Assembly: GCA_963664225.1 (NCBI GenBank)
Contig: OY760937.1
Location: 1,056,001-1,120,000, forward strand
DNA: 64,000 nt
Direction: 5' to 3'
Origin: Verrucomicrobiia bacterium
Lineage (GTDB): Bacteria > Verrucomicrobiota > Verrucomicrobiia > Limisphaerales > UBA1319
The notes under the pieces were generated by a model. It had not been told where the DNA came from, did not search any database, and saw only the letters and a list, made by a program, of their open reading frames with translations. Below are positions 37,801-46,968 of the stretch, one piece after another (within the stretch, counting starts at the first letter, position 1; each line of letters begins with the position of its first letter). The position numbers and the translations under genes were made by a program.

Positions 37801-38786
37801 CCCGACGCAAAGACAGTCCCAAACAAGTTACTGCGAAAATGCAGTCCTCGCCTGGGGCTTTGGTGTTGTCGCTGAATCCGGCGGTGGATTTGGAGTGGAT
37901 CGTTCCGGTGGTGCGCTGGAACGAGAAGAACACGATCGAGGCCGAACGTCGCTGGGCTGGCGGAAAGGGTGTGAACGTCGCCCGATGGTTGCGGCACGTG
38001 GGTTGTCGGCTTAAATTAATGATTCCTCTGGGAGGCGCGCCAGGGGATGAAATGCGCGCCGCTTTGCGCCGTGAAAAAATACCCACCCGGATTATTCCTT
38101 TGCATGAGGCCTCACGGGTGGATGCCGTGGTGACCGCAGCCGATGGCCGCCAACTACGCTTCAATCCGCGTGGTCCCCGCCTTGCCGAATCCGAATGGCG
38201 CCGGTTGGAGAAGGAGTTTAAGAGCCTCCTCAAACAATCCCGATTACTCGTGATTTCCGGCAGCATGCCGCCGGGCGCGCCGGTCGATCTATACGCGCGC
38301 TGGACTCGGATGGCGCAAGGGCAGGGCCTTCAAGCGCTGGTGGATTGCGATGGGCCGGTGTTTGCTGAAGCCGTGAAGGCGGGACCGTTCTTGGTCAAGC
38401 CCAACGCGCATGAGCTCGCCCAATGGATCGGCAAACCCCTGAAAGGGATTGCGGAATTGCGAGCCGCCGCAGTGGCATTGTCCCAGGCGACAGGCGGATG
38501 GGTGGCTGTTTCCCGGGGGCCTCAAGCGGCTTGGTTGCTGCGGGCGGAAAGCGGCGAGTTTTATCAGGCCACGCCTCCCGCGATGGAGATTCAAACTACG
38601 AATGGAGCGGGGGATGCAATGCTGGCCGGGATGGCCGGTCGAATCTTGCATGACGCCGAGCCTGCGGATTGGTTGCGCCATGGGGTTGCCACTGGAGTTG
38701 CGGCCACACAATGCCCGGCGGGAACCACGCCAACGCAAGAGGTCTTCGATTGCTGTATTAAACAAATCAAGGTCGTGGCGGGATAA
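37797..38786 (+). CDS. PfkB family hexose-phosphate kinase (1-phosphofructokinase-like)
   Basis: LSLNPAVD, GGKGVNVAR, SGSMPPG, VKPNAHEL, GAGDAMLAG. Confidence 0.9.
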   Translation: MTRRKDSPKQVTAKMQSSPGALVLSLNPAVDLEWIVPVVRWNEKNTIEAERRWAGGKGVNVARWLRHVGCRLKLMIPLGGAPGDEMRAALRREKIPTRIIPLHEASRVDAVVTAADGRQLRFNPRGPRLAESEWRRLEKEFKSLLKQSRLLVISGSMPPGAPVDLYARWTRMAQGQGLQALVDCDGPVFAEAVKAGPFLVKPNAHELAQWIGKPLKGIAELRAAAVALSQATGGWVAVSRGPQAAWLLRAESGEFYQATPPAMEIQTTNGAGDAMLAGMAGRILHDAEPADWLRHGVATGVAATQCPAGTTPTQEVFDCCIKQIKVVAG

Positions 38787-38844
38787 TCCGCGGGAGCGCG
38801 AATAAGGGCTGTGGGATTGCGATCAATGCGATTTCAGCCGCGCC

Positions 38845-41574
38845 ATGATCCCGAAAACACAGGCAAATTCCTGCTCGCAGTGGTCTCTCGATCCCATTAA
38901 AACAACGGATGTGAAACACCCTTGCTCATTCGGAAAAGTTGCTGCTGTAGGAATGTTTTTGATGGCCTGCGTCGGCACCGGCTTTGGGGATATCGCGATT
39001 CGCACCATCAAAGTCGGCATGTCCGGGGCTGCCTTGCTCATTAACGGCAATTTCGATGAGCAAAGCGCCAAGGCCGCCAATGCCTGGCGTGGATGGCAAA
39101 AGGGTTTTCAGATGGTTGCCGATGAGGGCAGGAATGGCTCCCGGGCGGTCGTTTGCTCGCGAAAGGAAGGCGACGGTGAAAATGGCGCCAGCCAGACTCT
39201 TGAATTAAGACGGACGAATACAGCACCGATCATCGTCAGCGGTTGGAGCAAAGCTGAGGATGTTAGCGGCAGCCCGGACAGCGGATACTCGCTCTATGCG
39301 GACCTCGTTTTTGAAGATGGCACCACCCTTTGGGGGCAGACTGCAAATTTCTCTTGCGGCACACACGATTGGGAACAAGGCGAGTTTGTGATTCTGCCGG
39401 ATAAACCGATCCGATCGCTCACCTTGCACTGCCTGTTCCGGGGACACACGGGCAAGGTCTGGTTTGATGACGTTGTGTTGCAGGAGATGAATATTCCATC
39501 AGGGGCCGTCATGTATCAGGGCGCGCCGATTGAAACGAATTCAGCCCAAATCAAGCCTGTGCCAGGCGAGCCTGCCAAAACAATCGAATCCGAGGGCCTG
39601 GCAATGACGTTCCAAGGTCAAACGATCGCCTCCATGGCCATGAATCAGAAAAAAATGGACTCGGCCGCGCCGGGTGGTTTTCTGGTCCGTGATTTTGAGG
39701 CCAAATCCGATTTTCACACCTTCAAAAACGGGGTTTGTGAAGAGTTGGGGCTGAAGATAAACGCCGCTTTTACCAAGGCGAAAAACCATGTCGTGGTGTC
39801 TGGAGAAGTTCAAAATACCACAGGAAAAGATCGCGCTGTCACGCTGCTTTTTTCATTGCCCGTGGATGCCACTGGCTGGACCTGGGGGGATGACGTGCGG
39901 CATGTGCGCCTCATCCAGGGGAATGAAGAATATGCCAACACGTTCAACCTCCATAGCGGAGCCAACGGCAAAATGTCCTATTATCCGTTGGCGGCCGTTT
40001 GGAATCAAAAAGCTGGAATCGCCCTGGGTATGGATATGGATTACCCGGCGCAATACCGGCTGGTTTGCAACAGTGCGTTACGCCAATTCTTCATTGCCTA
40101 TGATTTTGGACTGACTCCTGAGACATCCAATTCACATGGGCAGGCAAAGTTTCGCTTTGTCATTTACACGTTTGAACCGCAATGGGGATTTCGTGCGGCG
40201 CTTCAAAAATATTATGAGATATTTCCCCAGCACTTCACAAAGCGAGTCCGGCGCGAGGGCAACTGGATGCCTTTTACCGATATTTCAAAAGTGAAGGGGT
40301 TCGAGGATTTTGCCTTTGCCTTTCAGGAGGGCGCCCCCAATGTGGTCTTTGACGATCAGCATGATATCGCCAGTTTCGTATATGTGGAGCCGATGAGCCA
40401 TTGGCTGCCGATGCCGATGGCGGTTCCTCGAACTTATGACGGGACACTCAGTCTTTTGCGCGAAGACCTCTCGGGCAAGAGAGGGGACACTTTGAAACAG
40501 ATGGCCTCGGCCACATTCAGCAGCGGCTCTCATCAGGCGAATGGGCAGTTTGCCATGTCCATTCAAAAGGCACCGTGGTGTGATGGGGCCGTCATCTACT
40601 TAAATCCGATGCCCGGTATCGTAACGAATGCCACCTATCCATCCTCCAAAGCCAGCGTCATGAAGAGGTACATCCAAGAGGCGTTCGAGAGCAACGCTCC
40701 GAAGACCCAAACAAGTGTGCCCATGGCTGGCCTTGACGGCGTGTACCTGGATTCGATCGAGATGGCCGCTGAAGAACTCAACTACAGACGGGAACATTTT
40801 CGTGTGACCAAAACACCGCTGGTCTTTGACCAACAAGGCCGACCATGCCAATTAATGATGCTGGCCACGTGGGAATTTGCCCAATCCGAAGCCAGCGAAA
40901 TGCATCGGCAGAACAAGTTTATGTTCGCCAATTCCGCGCTCTGGAAATTCAGTTTCAATGCGCCATTACTGGATGTGATGGGCACCGAAGTGGATTGGAT
41001 GACGGGCGGACGTTACCAGCCTTCCACAGATACGATCATGAATTTTCGGAGGGCATTGTGTTATCAAAAGCCTTACTGCCTGTTGATGAACACGGATTAT
41101 AGTGCATTTACGCCCGAAAAGGTGGAACGCTATTTCCAACGGTGTCTCTTTTACGGAATCTGGCCTGGCTTCTTCGATCAGGAAGCCGCGTCCAAGGATC
41201 CGTATTGGGATTCCAAAGGCCGCTGGTATGAGCGCGACCGGGCATTGTTTAAGAAATACATGCCTCTCTTCCAGCAAACCACTGCTGCGGGCTGGAATCC
41301 GATCACATTTGCACAAGCGGACAATAACGATATTCATCTGGAGCGCTTTGGTCCTGACGCACAAAAGCGCCTTTTCATTACGCTCTGCAATGAATCGGAG
41401 AAAACACAATCGGGCCGGGTGAATGTCGATTTTGTAGGGCTGGGGATAAAGCCAATGGTCGAAGCCACGGAATTGATCTCGGGATACAGACACCTGGCGG
41501 ACAAGGAAGGATGGCCTGTTGAGCTTAAGCCTCAGGAAACCGAGGTGCTGGTGCTTGATTTCAAAAACAACTGA
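38845..41574 (+). CDS. Exported protein with N-terminal CBM4/9-like domain and putative glycoside hydrolase barrel
   Basis: LLINGNFDE..ASQTL..GWSKAEDV..GTHDW..GKVWFDDV jelly-roll, then LDGVYLDSIE, FMFANS, DVMGTEVDW. The true start is probably near 38911-38954. Confidence 0.6.
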   Translation: MIPKTQANSCSQWSLDPIKTTDVKHPCSFGKVAAVGMFLMACVGTGFGDIAIRTIKVGMSGAALLINGNFDEQSAKAANAWRGWQKGFQMVADEGRNGSRAVVCSRKEGDGENGASQTLELRRTNTAPIIVSGWSKAEDVSGSPDSGYSLYADLVFEDGTTLWGQTANFSCGTHDWEQGEFVILPDKPIRSLTLHCLFRGHTGKVWFDDVVLQEMNIPSGAVMYQGAPIETNSAQIKPVPGEPAKTIESEGLAMTFQGQTIASMAMNQKKMDSAAPGGFLVRDFEAKSDFHTFKNGVCEELGLKINAAFTKAKNHVVVSGEVQNTTGKDRAVTLLFSLPVDATGWTWGDDVRHVRLIQGNEEYANTFNLHSGANGKMSYYPLAAVWNQKAGIALGMDMDYPAQYRLVCNSALRQFFIAYDFGLTPETSNSHGQAKFRFVIYTFEPQWGFRAALQKYYEIFPQHFTKRVRREGNWMPFTDISKVKGFEDFAFAFQEGAPNVVFDDQHDIASFVYVEPMSHWLPMPMAVPRTYDGTLSLLREDLSGKRGDTLKQMASATFSSGSHQANGQFAMSIQKAPWCDGAVIYLNPMPGIVTNATYPSSKASVMKRYIQEAFESNAPKTQTSVPMAGLDGVYLDSIEMAAEELNYRREHFRVTKTPLVFDQQGRPCQLMMLATWEFAQSEASEMHRQNKFMFANSALWKFSFNAPLLDVMGTEVDWMTGGRYQPSTDTIMNFRRALCYQKPYCLLMNTDYSAFTPEKVERYFQRCLFYGIWPGFFDQEAASKDPYWDSKGRWYERDRALFKKYMPLFQQTTAAGWNPITFAQADNNDIHLERFGPDAQKRLFITLCNESEKTQSGRVNVDFVGLGIKPMVEATELISGYRHLADKEGWPVELKPQETEVLVLDFKNN

Positions 41575-41581
41575 CAATCCA

Positions 41582-42271
41582 TTATTCCGGTCCCCCCGAC
41601 ATTTGTGGAGGAGAATCGAGAGGTTGATCTTCAGATTCAAAAGAATTGTACATGTCCACCAGATCATTATAGGCCTCAGCAAATGCGTTTGCGTTGACTT
41701 CGTCCATCGCATCCGGGCCCACCAACTCGATGATCTCAATCCGCCTCTCAATGAGCGGTAAATCGTCCGCAGTCAGATTCTCCGGGTCAGGGAAGCCTTC
41801 CTCATTCAGGTCTTCGATCAGGTTCTGGCGCTCATCGGCGGATAGAGTCGGATCGTTAATGGCGGCATACCAGTAATCCTCGGCGTCGCGATCGATGCCA
41901 ACATAACGTAAAGCAAAGCGCGCCATGGGATATTGGTCTGGCTCCACCCAATCAAAGATGGACCAGGAAAAGTCCAACGTAGCCTCTGGATTTAAATCCA
42001 CCCCGGCGAAGATCCCGGCTGGCGGTGCTGTGGGAGTCACCTTGGGAGAAATGTTGGTTTCCGCGCCCTGAATTGGTTCCAATTCGGCGGGAGGAATCTC
42101 CATGGGCTTGGCGCGGGTCGCTTCAGTTTTAGGCCGATCGGCTTGAATGTTGGGCCTGATTCTGGCTACCGGCATGACAATCTGCGGCGTTGTGGTGTGG
42201 GTAAGTATGAGAAAGTCCACAGTCAGCGTAGCAAACACCGCAATAATGATGAGTTTTCTGCCAGTTCGCAT
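41582..42271 (-). CDS. Hypothetical membrane-anchored protein (Pro-rich linker, acidic helical domain)
   Basis: 229-aa ORF with N-terminal TM helix, low-complexity linker and ARFALRYVG..W..AINDP..ERQNLIEDLNEEG domain. Confidence 0.65.
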   Translation of the reverse strand: MRTGRKLIIIAVFATLTVDFLILTHTTTPQIVMPVARIRPNIQADRPKTEATRAKPMEIPPAELEPIQGAETNISPKVTPTAPPAGIFAGVDLNPEATLDFSWSIFDWVEPDQYPMARFALRYVGIDRDAEDYWYAAINDPTLSADERQNLIEDLNEEGFPDPENLTADDLPLIERRIEIIELVGPDAMDEVNANAFAEAYNDLVDMYNSFESEDQPLDSPPQMSGGPE

Positions 42272-42489
42272 ATCGTTGTTATTCGGGCCATCCGGCTGGT
42301 TGCCAATGCCTTTACGCCGTCTTATCCTGCCTTTTCCAAACCGGTGTTACCCGTTCCACAGAGGTAACTTCGCCGCTCTTCGCGTTCACCGCAACTGTTG
42401 TGGTGATCCTGGGATTTTGTGGAGCAATGCAAAACCTGAAAACAATGGAAATCCACCACTGGGCACCTGCCGATCCGTTGCTGGCAGGG

Positions 42490-42620
42490 CATATGCCTGT
42501 GAAGGTGCCAACACAGCGAGGTGGAAGGCCTCGTTAAGTTAAGCGTTTGTTTACGAGCCTGTGACCGAGGGTAACTGCGGCATGGTAACACGACCATGGA
42601 GAGCAACCGGAGGTGAACCG
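42490..42620 (+). ncRNA. Possible group II intron 5' (domain I) remnant
   Basis: ATGCCTGTGAAGGTGCCAACACAGCGAGGTGGAAGGCCTCG..GTGACCGAGGGTAACTGC..GAGCAACCGGAGGTGAAC resembles domain I of bacterial group II introns as recalled. Hairpin CGAGG/CCTCG is present. No RT ORF follows. Confidence 0.4.
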
Positions 42621-42738
42621 TCATTCCTTCACCATTAACCCGGGGCGTCCGCCTCGCGCTTTTGCCTTTTTTACTCTCTCTATCAGCGCCAGACGTTGAC
42701 GTTCGCCCCGGATTTTGCACGCCGCTCCGATCCCGGAT

Positions 42739-44619
42739 TCAGGCTTTGTCCGGGGTTTTGGTGGTCAGTACTTGCTCAAGCAATTCGTTGAGGCGTTTGA
42801 GCATGGTGCGAGGATCCTCAAGAATACCGGCGGCAACGCGGGCGTTGTCCAGCACCTGTTCGGCCACTTTGGCCGCCAGGGCAGGGTCCTGCTGGCGCAT
42901 GGTCTGGAGCCTTACAATGATGGGGTGACGTGGGTTCATTTCCAAATCCTGTTGGCCTCCAGCGGGGGCGTCCTGATCCTTGTGCATGGCCTTCAGGATG
43001 CGTCGCATGCTTGCTGTCATCATTTTGTCAGGATCGACAACCACAGCGGGACTGTCCACCAGACGCTGCGATGCGCGCACTTCGTGGACTTTATTTCCCA
43101 GGGTGTCCTTCATCCATTTCGCAAGGTCTTGAGCCTCGGTATCGCTCAACGCCCCTTCGCGGTTTGGATTTTCGACGGTGATATCCGCCTTTTCAGCCGG
43201 CTTGAGCGATTTGCCATCGAACTCACGCAAATGGTCCATGACAAACTCATCCCAGGGATCGCTGAGGAATATGACCTCAAAATGGCGTGCCTTGAAGGCC
43301 TCGTAATAAGGGCTGTTCTCGAGCGATTCCCTGTTGGGCCCCAGCAAATAGTAGATCTCCTTTTGCTCCGAGGGCATCCGTTTGACGTAATCCGCGAGCG
43401 AGGTCTTTTCGCCTTTGGGCAGGCTGGAGGTCTCGTAGCGCAATAGTTTGCCCAATGCCGCGCTATGGGTGTAATCCGTGACGATGCCTTCCTTGATGAA
43501 CCGATTGTATTGTTCATAGAACTTGTCGTATGCAGCCGGGTCTTTTGCAGATTGCTCATCGAGAAATTTGATGAAACGACTGGTCAGAATCTTGTTGAGC
43601 TTCTCCATCAGGCTGGTGTCCTGCATCATTTCCCGCGAGATGTTCAGGGGGATGTCCTCGCTGTCCACGACACCGCGCAGAAAGCGAAGCCAGTCCGGCA
43701 GTAAATCCTTGGGGCGGGACATGATAAGGACTTTGCGGCTGTAGAGATGCACCTCGCATTCGGTTCTTGAGATTCCCAATGCCTCAATATTGCTGGGCGG
43801 CACAAAGAGGAGCGCCTGGATCGAGAGCGGGGCGTCCGTGGAGAAATGCAGCCGGAAGAGGGGATTTACCCGGTCATGACCGATGTAATGATAGAATTCG
43901 TTGTAATCCTCGTCCTTGATTTCGTTTTTGTTGCGGGCCCACAGCGCGCCAACGGTGTTGATGGTTTTGCCATTCAACGTGATGGGGAAGGGGACGAAGT
44001 TCGAATAACGTTTGATGATGCCTTCAAGCCTGTCCGCATTGGCAAATTCCTTTTGATCATCCTTGAGCTGAAGGACGATTTTTGTGCCTCGCGGGGCGTC
44101 GATGATGGCATCAAGCTCATAACCTGTAGAACCTTCGGAGGTCCAGCGCCATGGGCTTTCTTCGGTGACATAGGAGCGGGTATCGACGACGACTTTTTTT
44201 GCCGCCATGAATGCTGCGTAGAACCCCACCCCAAATTGGCCGATCAAGTTCGCTTCAGGTTGGGAGGCCTCGCGGTTTTCTTTGAGCTTTTGGAGGAACG
44301 CCTTGGACCCGGAGTGCGCAATGGTGCCCAGGTTGTCCACGAGTTCGGCGCGGGTCATTCCCACGCCCGTATCTGTAAAGGTGATGGTGCCTTCTTTTTC
44401 ATCCGTGGTGATCGCAATGCCTAGCGCGAGATCAGCCTGAAATATAGTTTTCCCGGAACTGGTGAGAAAACGCAGCTTTTCAAGGGCATCGGCCGCATTG
44501 GAGATCAGTTCGCGGACAAAGATTTCTTTATCGGTATAGAGCGAATGAACAACAATGTTTAGCAATTGTTCGATTTCCGCCTGAAAATGATGTTTTTCGG
44601 TCGTATTCATGTCTGCCAT
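42739..44619 (-). CDS. htpG: Chaperone HtpG (Hsp90)
   Basis: FQAEIEQLL, SLYTDKEIFVRELISNAADA, NLGTIAHSG, IGQFGVGFY, GVVDSEDIPLNISRE. Confidence 0.97.
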   Translation of the reverse strand: MADMNTTEKHHFQAEIEQLLNIVVHSLYTDKEIFVRELISNAADALEKLRFLTSSGKTIFQADLALGIAITTDEKEGTITFTDTGVGMTRAELVDNLGTIAHSGSKAFLQKLKENREASQPEANLIGQFGVGFYAAFMAAKKVVVDTRSYVTEESPWRWTSEGSTGYELDAIIDAPRGTKIVLQLKDDQKEFANADRLEGIIKRYSNFVPFPITLNGKTINTVGALWARNKNEIKDEDYNEFYHYIGHDRVNPLFRLHFSTDAPLSIQALLFVPPSNIEALGISRTECEVHLYSRKVLIMSRPKDLLPDWLRFLRGVVDSEDIPLNISREMMQDTSLMEKLNKILTSRFIKFLDEQSAKDPAAYDKFYEQYNRFIKEGIVTDYTHSAALGKLLRYETSSLPKGEKTSLADYVKRMPSEQKEIYYLLGPNRESLENSPYYEAFKARHFEVIFLSDPWDEFVMDHLREFDGKSLKPAEKADITVENPNREGALSDTEAQDLAKWMKDTLGNKVHEVRASQRLVDSPAVVVDPDKMMTASMRRILKAMHKDQDAPAGGQQDLEMNPRHPIIVRLQTMRQQDPALAAKVAEQVLDNARVAAGILEDPRTMLKRLNELLEQVLTTKTPDKA

Positions 44620-44806
44620 AAAATTTACTTAAACCTTCAACATAATTAAGAAAGAGAAGGGTGCAGTGTGTCAAGCATGACGTGCTATGCAGATTTGCAG
44701 AAAAACACAGAACAAGGAATGTCGCGCCTTTAAGACAGGGGATGCAGGAACGACGAAGTGCCCTTTGCATAATCAGGATGCTGAAACCGCAATAGGTCAG
44801 TGTCGC

Positions 44807-46693
44807 TTACTTATAGGTCAGCCCGTAACCAAACTTAAACAGTGGATCATAGGGCTTGCCACCAACGTTGATCGGAATCTGCGCAACCGAGCGCGGCCAG
44901 GAGTGAGAGAGTTTGCCCGTGGGCTTGTAGTCACCGAACAAAACGTCGGCCACGCCCTGACCTTCAGAACCTGGCAGCCAGGCCGCAACCAGGGCATCGG
45001 ACTGACTCAGAATATCGCCAAGAATCATCGGACGTCCGGACAGGAGAACCACAACCACGGGGATCCCCGCCTTCTTCATATTGGCCAATACTTGGATTTG
45101 GGACTTCTCCAAAGCCAGGTCGGCGTTGTCCCCGCTGAATTCAGCGTAGGGTTTTTCTCCAATAACGACGACACCCACATCCGCGCCTTCGGCGCCCGTT
45201 CCGTCTGTGGAGAAGGTCACCTGGTTGCTATTCGCAGCAGTGTGCTTGATGGCATCCAGAATCGTGGTGCCGCCCGGGATTTGGTTGGTCAGAGAACCCT
45301 GCCAATCGATGGTCCATCCTCCGCATTGCATTCCCAGATTATTGGCCCCAATGCCGGCGACATGGATGCGCCTGGCGTTTTTTGTCAGGGGCAGAGTTTT
45401 ATTCTCGTTTTTCAGGAGGACGAGGCTTTCCCGGACGGCCTTGCGGGCGACAGCGCGATGCTCGGCCGAACCAAAGGATTTGTGCAGATTGCGATCCGCC
45501 AGCGGTGAGCGGCTTTTGTCCATCAGGCCCATGGCGAACTTGACTCTGAGAATTCGCGTGACCGCGTCGTCTATGCGTGACATGGGCACCTTGCCTTCGT
45601 TGACCAACTCCTTGAGTTGACGGCAAAAATCCGGGTATTTATCCGTCAGCATCACCATGTCGATGCCTGCGTTGATCGATTGTTCGATGCAATTCTTGTA
45701 ATCCACGTTTTTCGCGTCCGGAGCAAGCTGATCGATGGCATTATAGTCGGAAATCAGGAAGCCTTCGAAACCCAGTTCGCCTTTGAGCAGGTCCGTCAGC
45801 AGATACTTTTCACCGCTGCATTTTTTGCCGTTCCAACTGCTATAGGAGGGCATGATTGTTGCTACGCCTTCTTTTACGGTGGTTATGTAACCTTGGAGAT
45901 GAATGCGGCGCAATGTGGCTTCATCGCAGCGCGTGTCACCCTGATCCAGGGCGTGGAGATCGTTTTTTGTGGAAGTGCCGTAAGTCGTCCCGCCGTCCCC
46001 AATGAAGTGTTTGGCGCAGGCAGCGACTGAGACCAGTTCCGAGAGGTTGGCACCCTGAAAACCCCGAACCGCTGCCCGCCCCAGATTTTTGACGATTTTG
46101 GGATTTTCCGAATACCCTTCATAGGTTCGTCCCCAGCGTTCGTCCCTGGGCACGGTAACGCAGGGGGCGAAAGCCCAATTGATGCCCGTCGCGCGCACTT
46201 CCTCGGCGGTAACGCGTTCAATTTTTTCGACCAACTTCCGATCATTGGCGCAGCCCAAGCCGATGTTGTGAGGGAAGATCACGGCGCCGGGGATGTTATT
46301 ATGGCCATGCACGGCATCAACACCGTAGATCAATGGAATGCCAAGCCGGGTTTTGATGGCGTGCTGCTGGAAGCCGTCCACCATGTCTGTCCATCCCTTC
46401 AGGGTGTAGTCCGCCTTATCTTTGGGGCCTGAACCACCGCCGCTCAAAAGCGAGCCGAGAAAGTATTTTTCAATGTCCGTGGGACTCTTGAGGAACGCCT
46501 GGTCAGGCTGGCACATTTGTCCGATCTTTTCGTCCAAAGTCATTTTACCCAGTAATTCCCTGGCCTGTGGGTTAAATGCAGTGAAGACCTTCTGCTTCGA
46601 TTCAGCCTTTGTCATCGCGGAAAAGGATAGCAAAAGACCCGCAATCACGGGAACGATGGGCAGCATGACTCCATCGAGAATTGTGTTTCTCAT
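44807..46693 (-). CDS. GH3 beta-glucosidase / beta-glucan exohydrolase, exported
   Basis: [63 protein letters not shown]. Start uncertain (46693 or nearby). Confidence 0.93.
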   Translation of the reverse strand: MRNTILDGVMLPIVPVIAGLLLSFSAMTKAESKQKVFTAFNPQARELLGKMTLDEKIGQMCQPDQAFLKSPTDIEKYFLGSLLSGGGSGPKDKADYTLKGWTDMVDGFQQHAIKTRLGIPLIYGVDAVHGHNNIPGAVIFPHNIGLGCANDRKLVEKIERVTAEEVRATGINWAFAPCVTVPRDERWGRTYEGYSENPKIVKNLGRAAVRGFQGANLSELVSVAACAKHFIGDGGTTYGTSTKNDLHALDQGDTRCDEATLRRIHLQGYITTVKEGVATIMPSYSSWNGKKCSGEKYLLTDLLKGELGFEGFLISDYNAIDQLAPDAKNVDYKNCIEQSINAGIDMVMLTDKYPDFCRQLKELVNEGKVPMSRIDDAVTRILRVKFAMGLMDKSRSPLADRNLHKSFGSAEHRAVARKAVRESLVLLKNENKTLPLTKNARRIHVAGIGANNLGMQCGGWTIDWQGSLTNQIPGGTTILDAIKHTAANSNQVTFSTDGTGAEGADVGVVVIGEKPYAEFSGDNADLALEKSQIQVLANMKKAGIPVVVVLLSGRPMILGDILSQSDALVAAWLPGSEGQGVADVLFGDYKPTGKLSHSWPRSVAQIPINVGGKPYDPLFKFGYGLTYK

Positions 46694-46968
46694 AACATTA
46701 GTGTGGTCCCGCAAATATGAATATCTCCCATATGGTGTCAATTCGCTTTCGTGCTCGACTTAATTTATTTTGACGCTCACTTCAATGATCTGGCCGCCAG
46801 TGGTCGCTTGCTCATTGCCCGGGTTTGAGACCTGTTCTCCAGTTGCAACCAGCCGAAAAGGATGGCAGGACGGACACTGCAGGCCCAAACCGCCGATTAT
46901 TTTCGTATTGCGGTTGAAGCCTCTTTTCGCCAAGGCTATGGGGCTATTAATTGAGCTTTGGACCAGAT

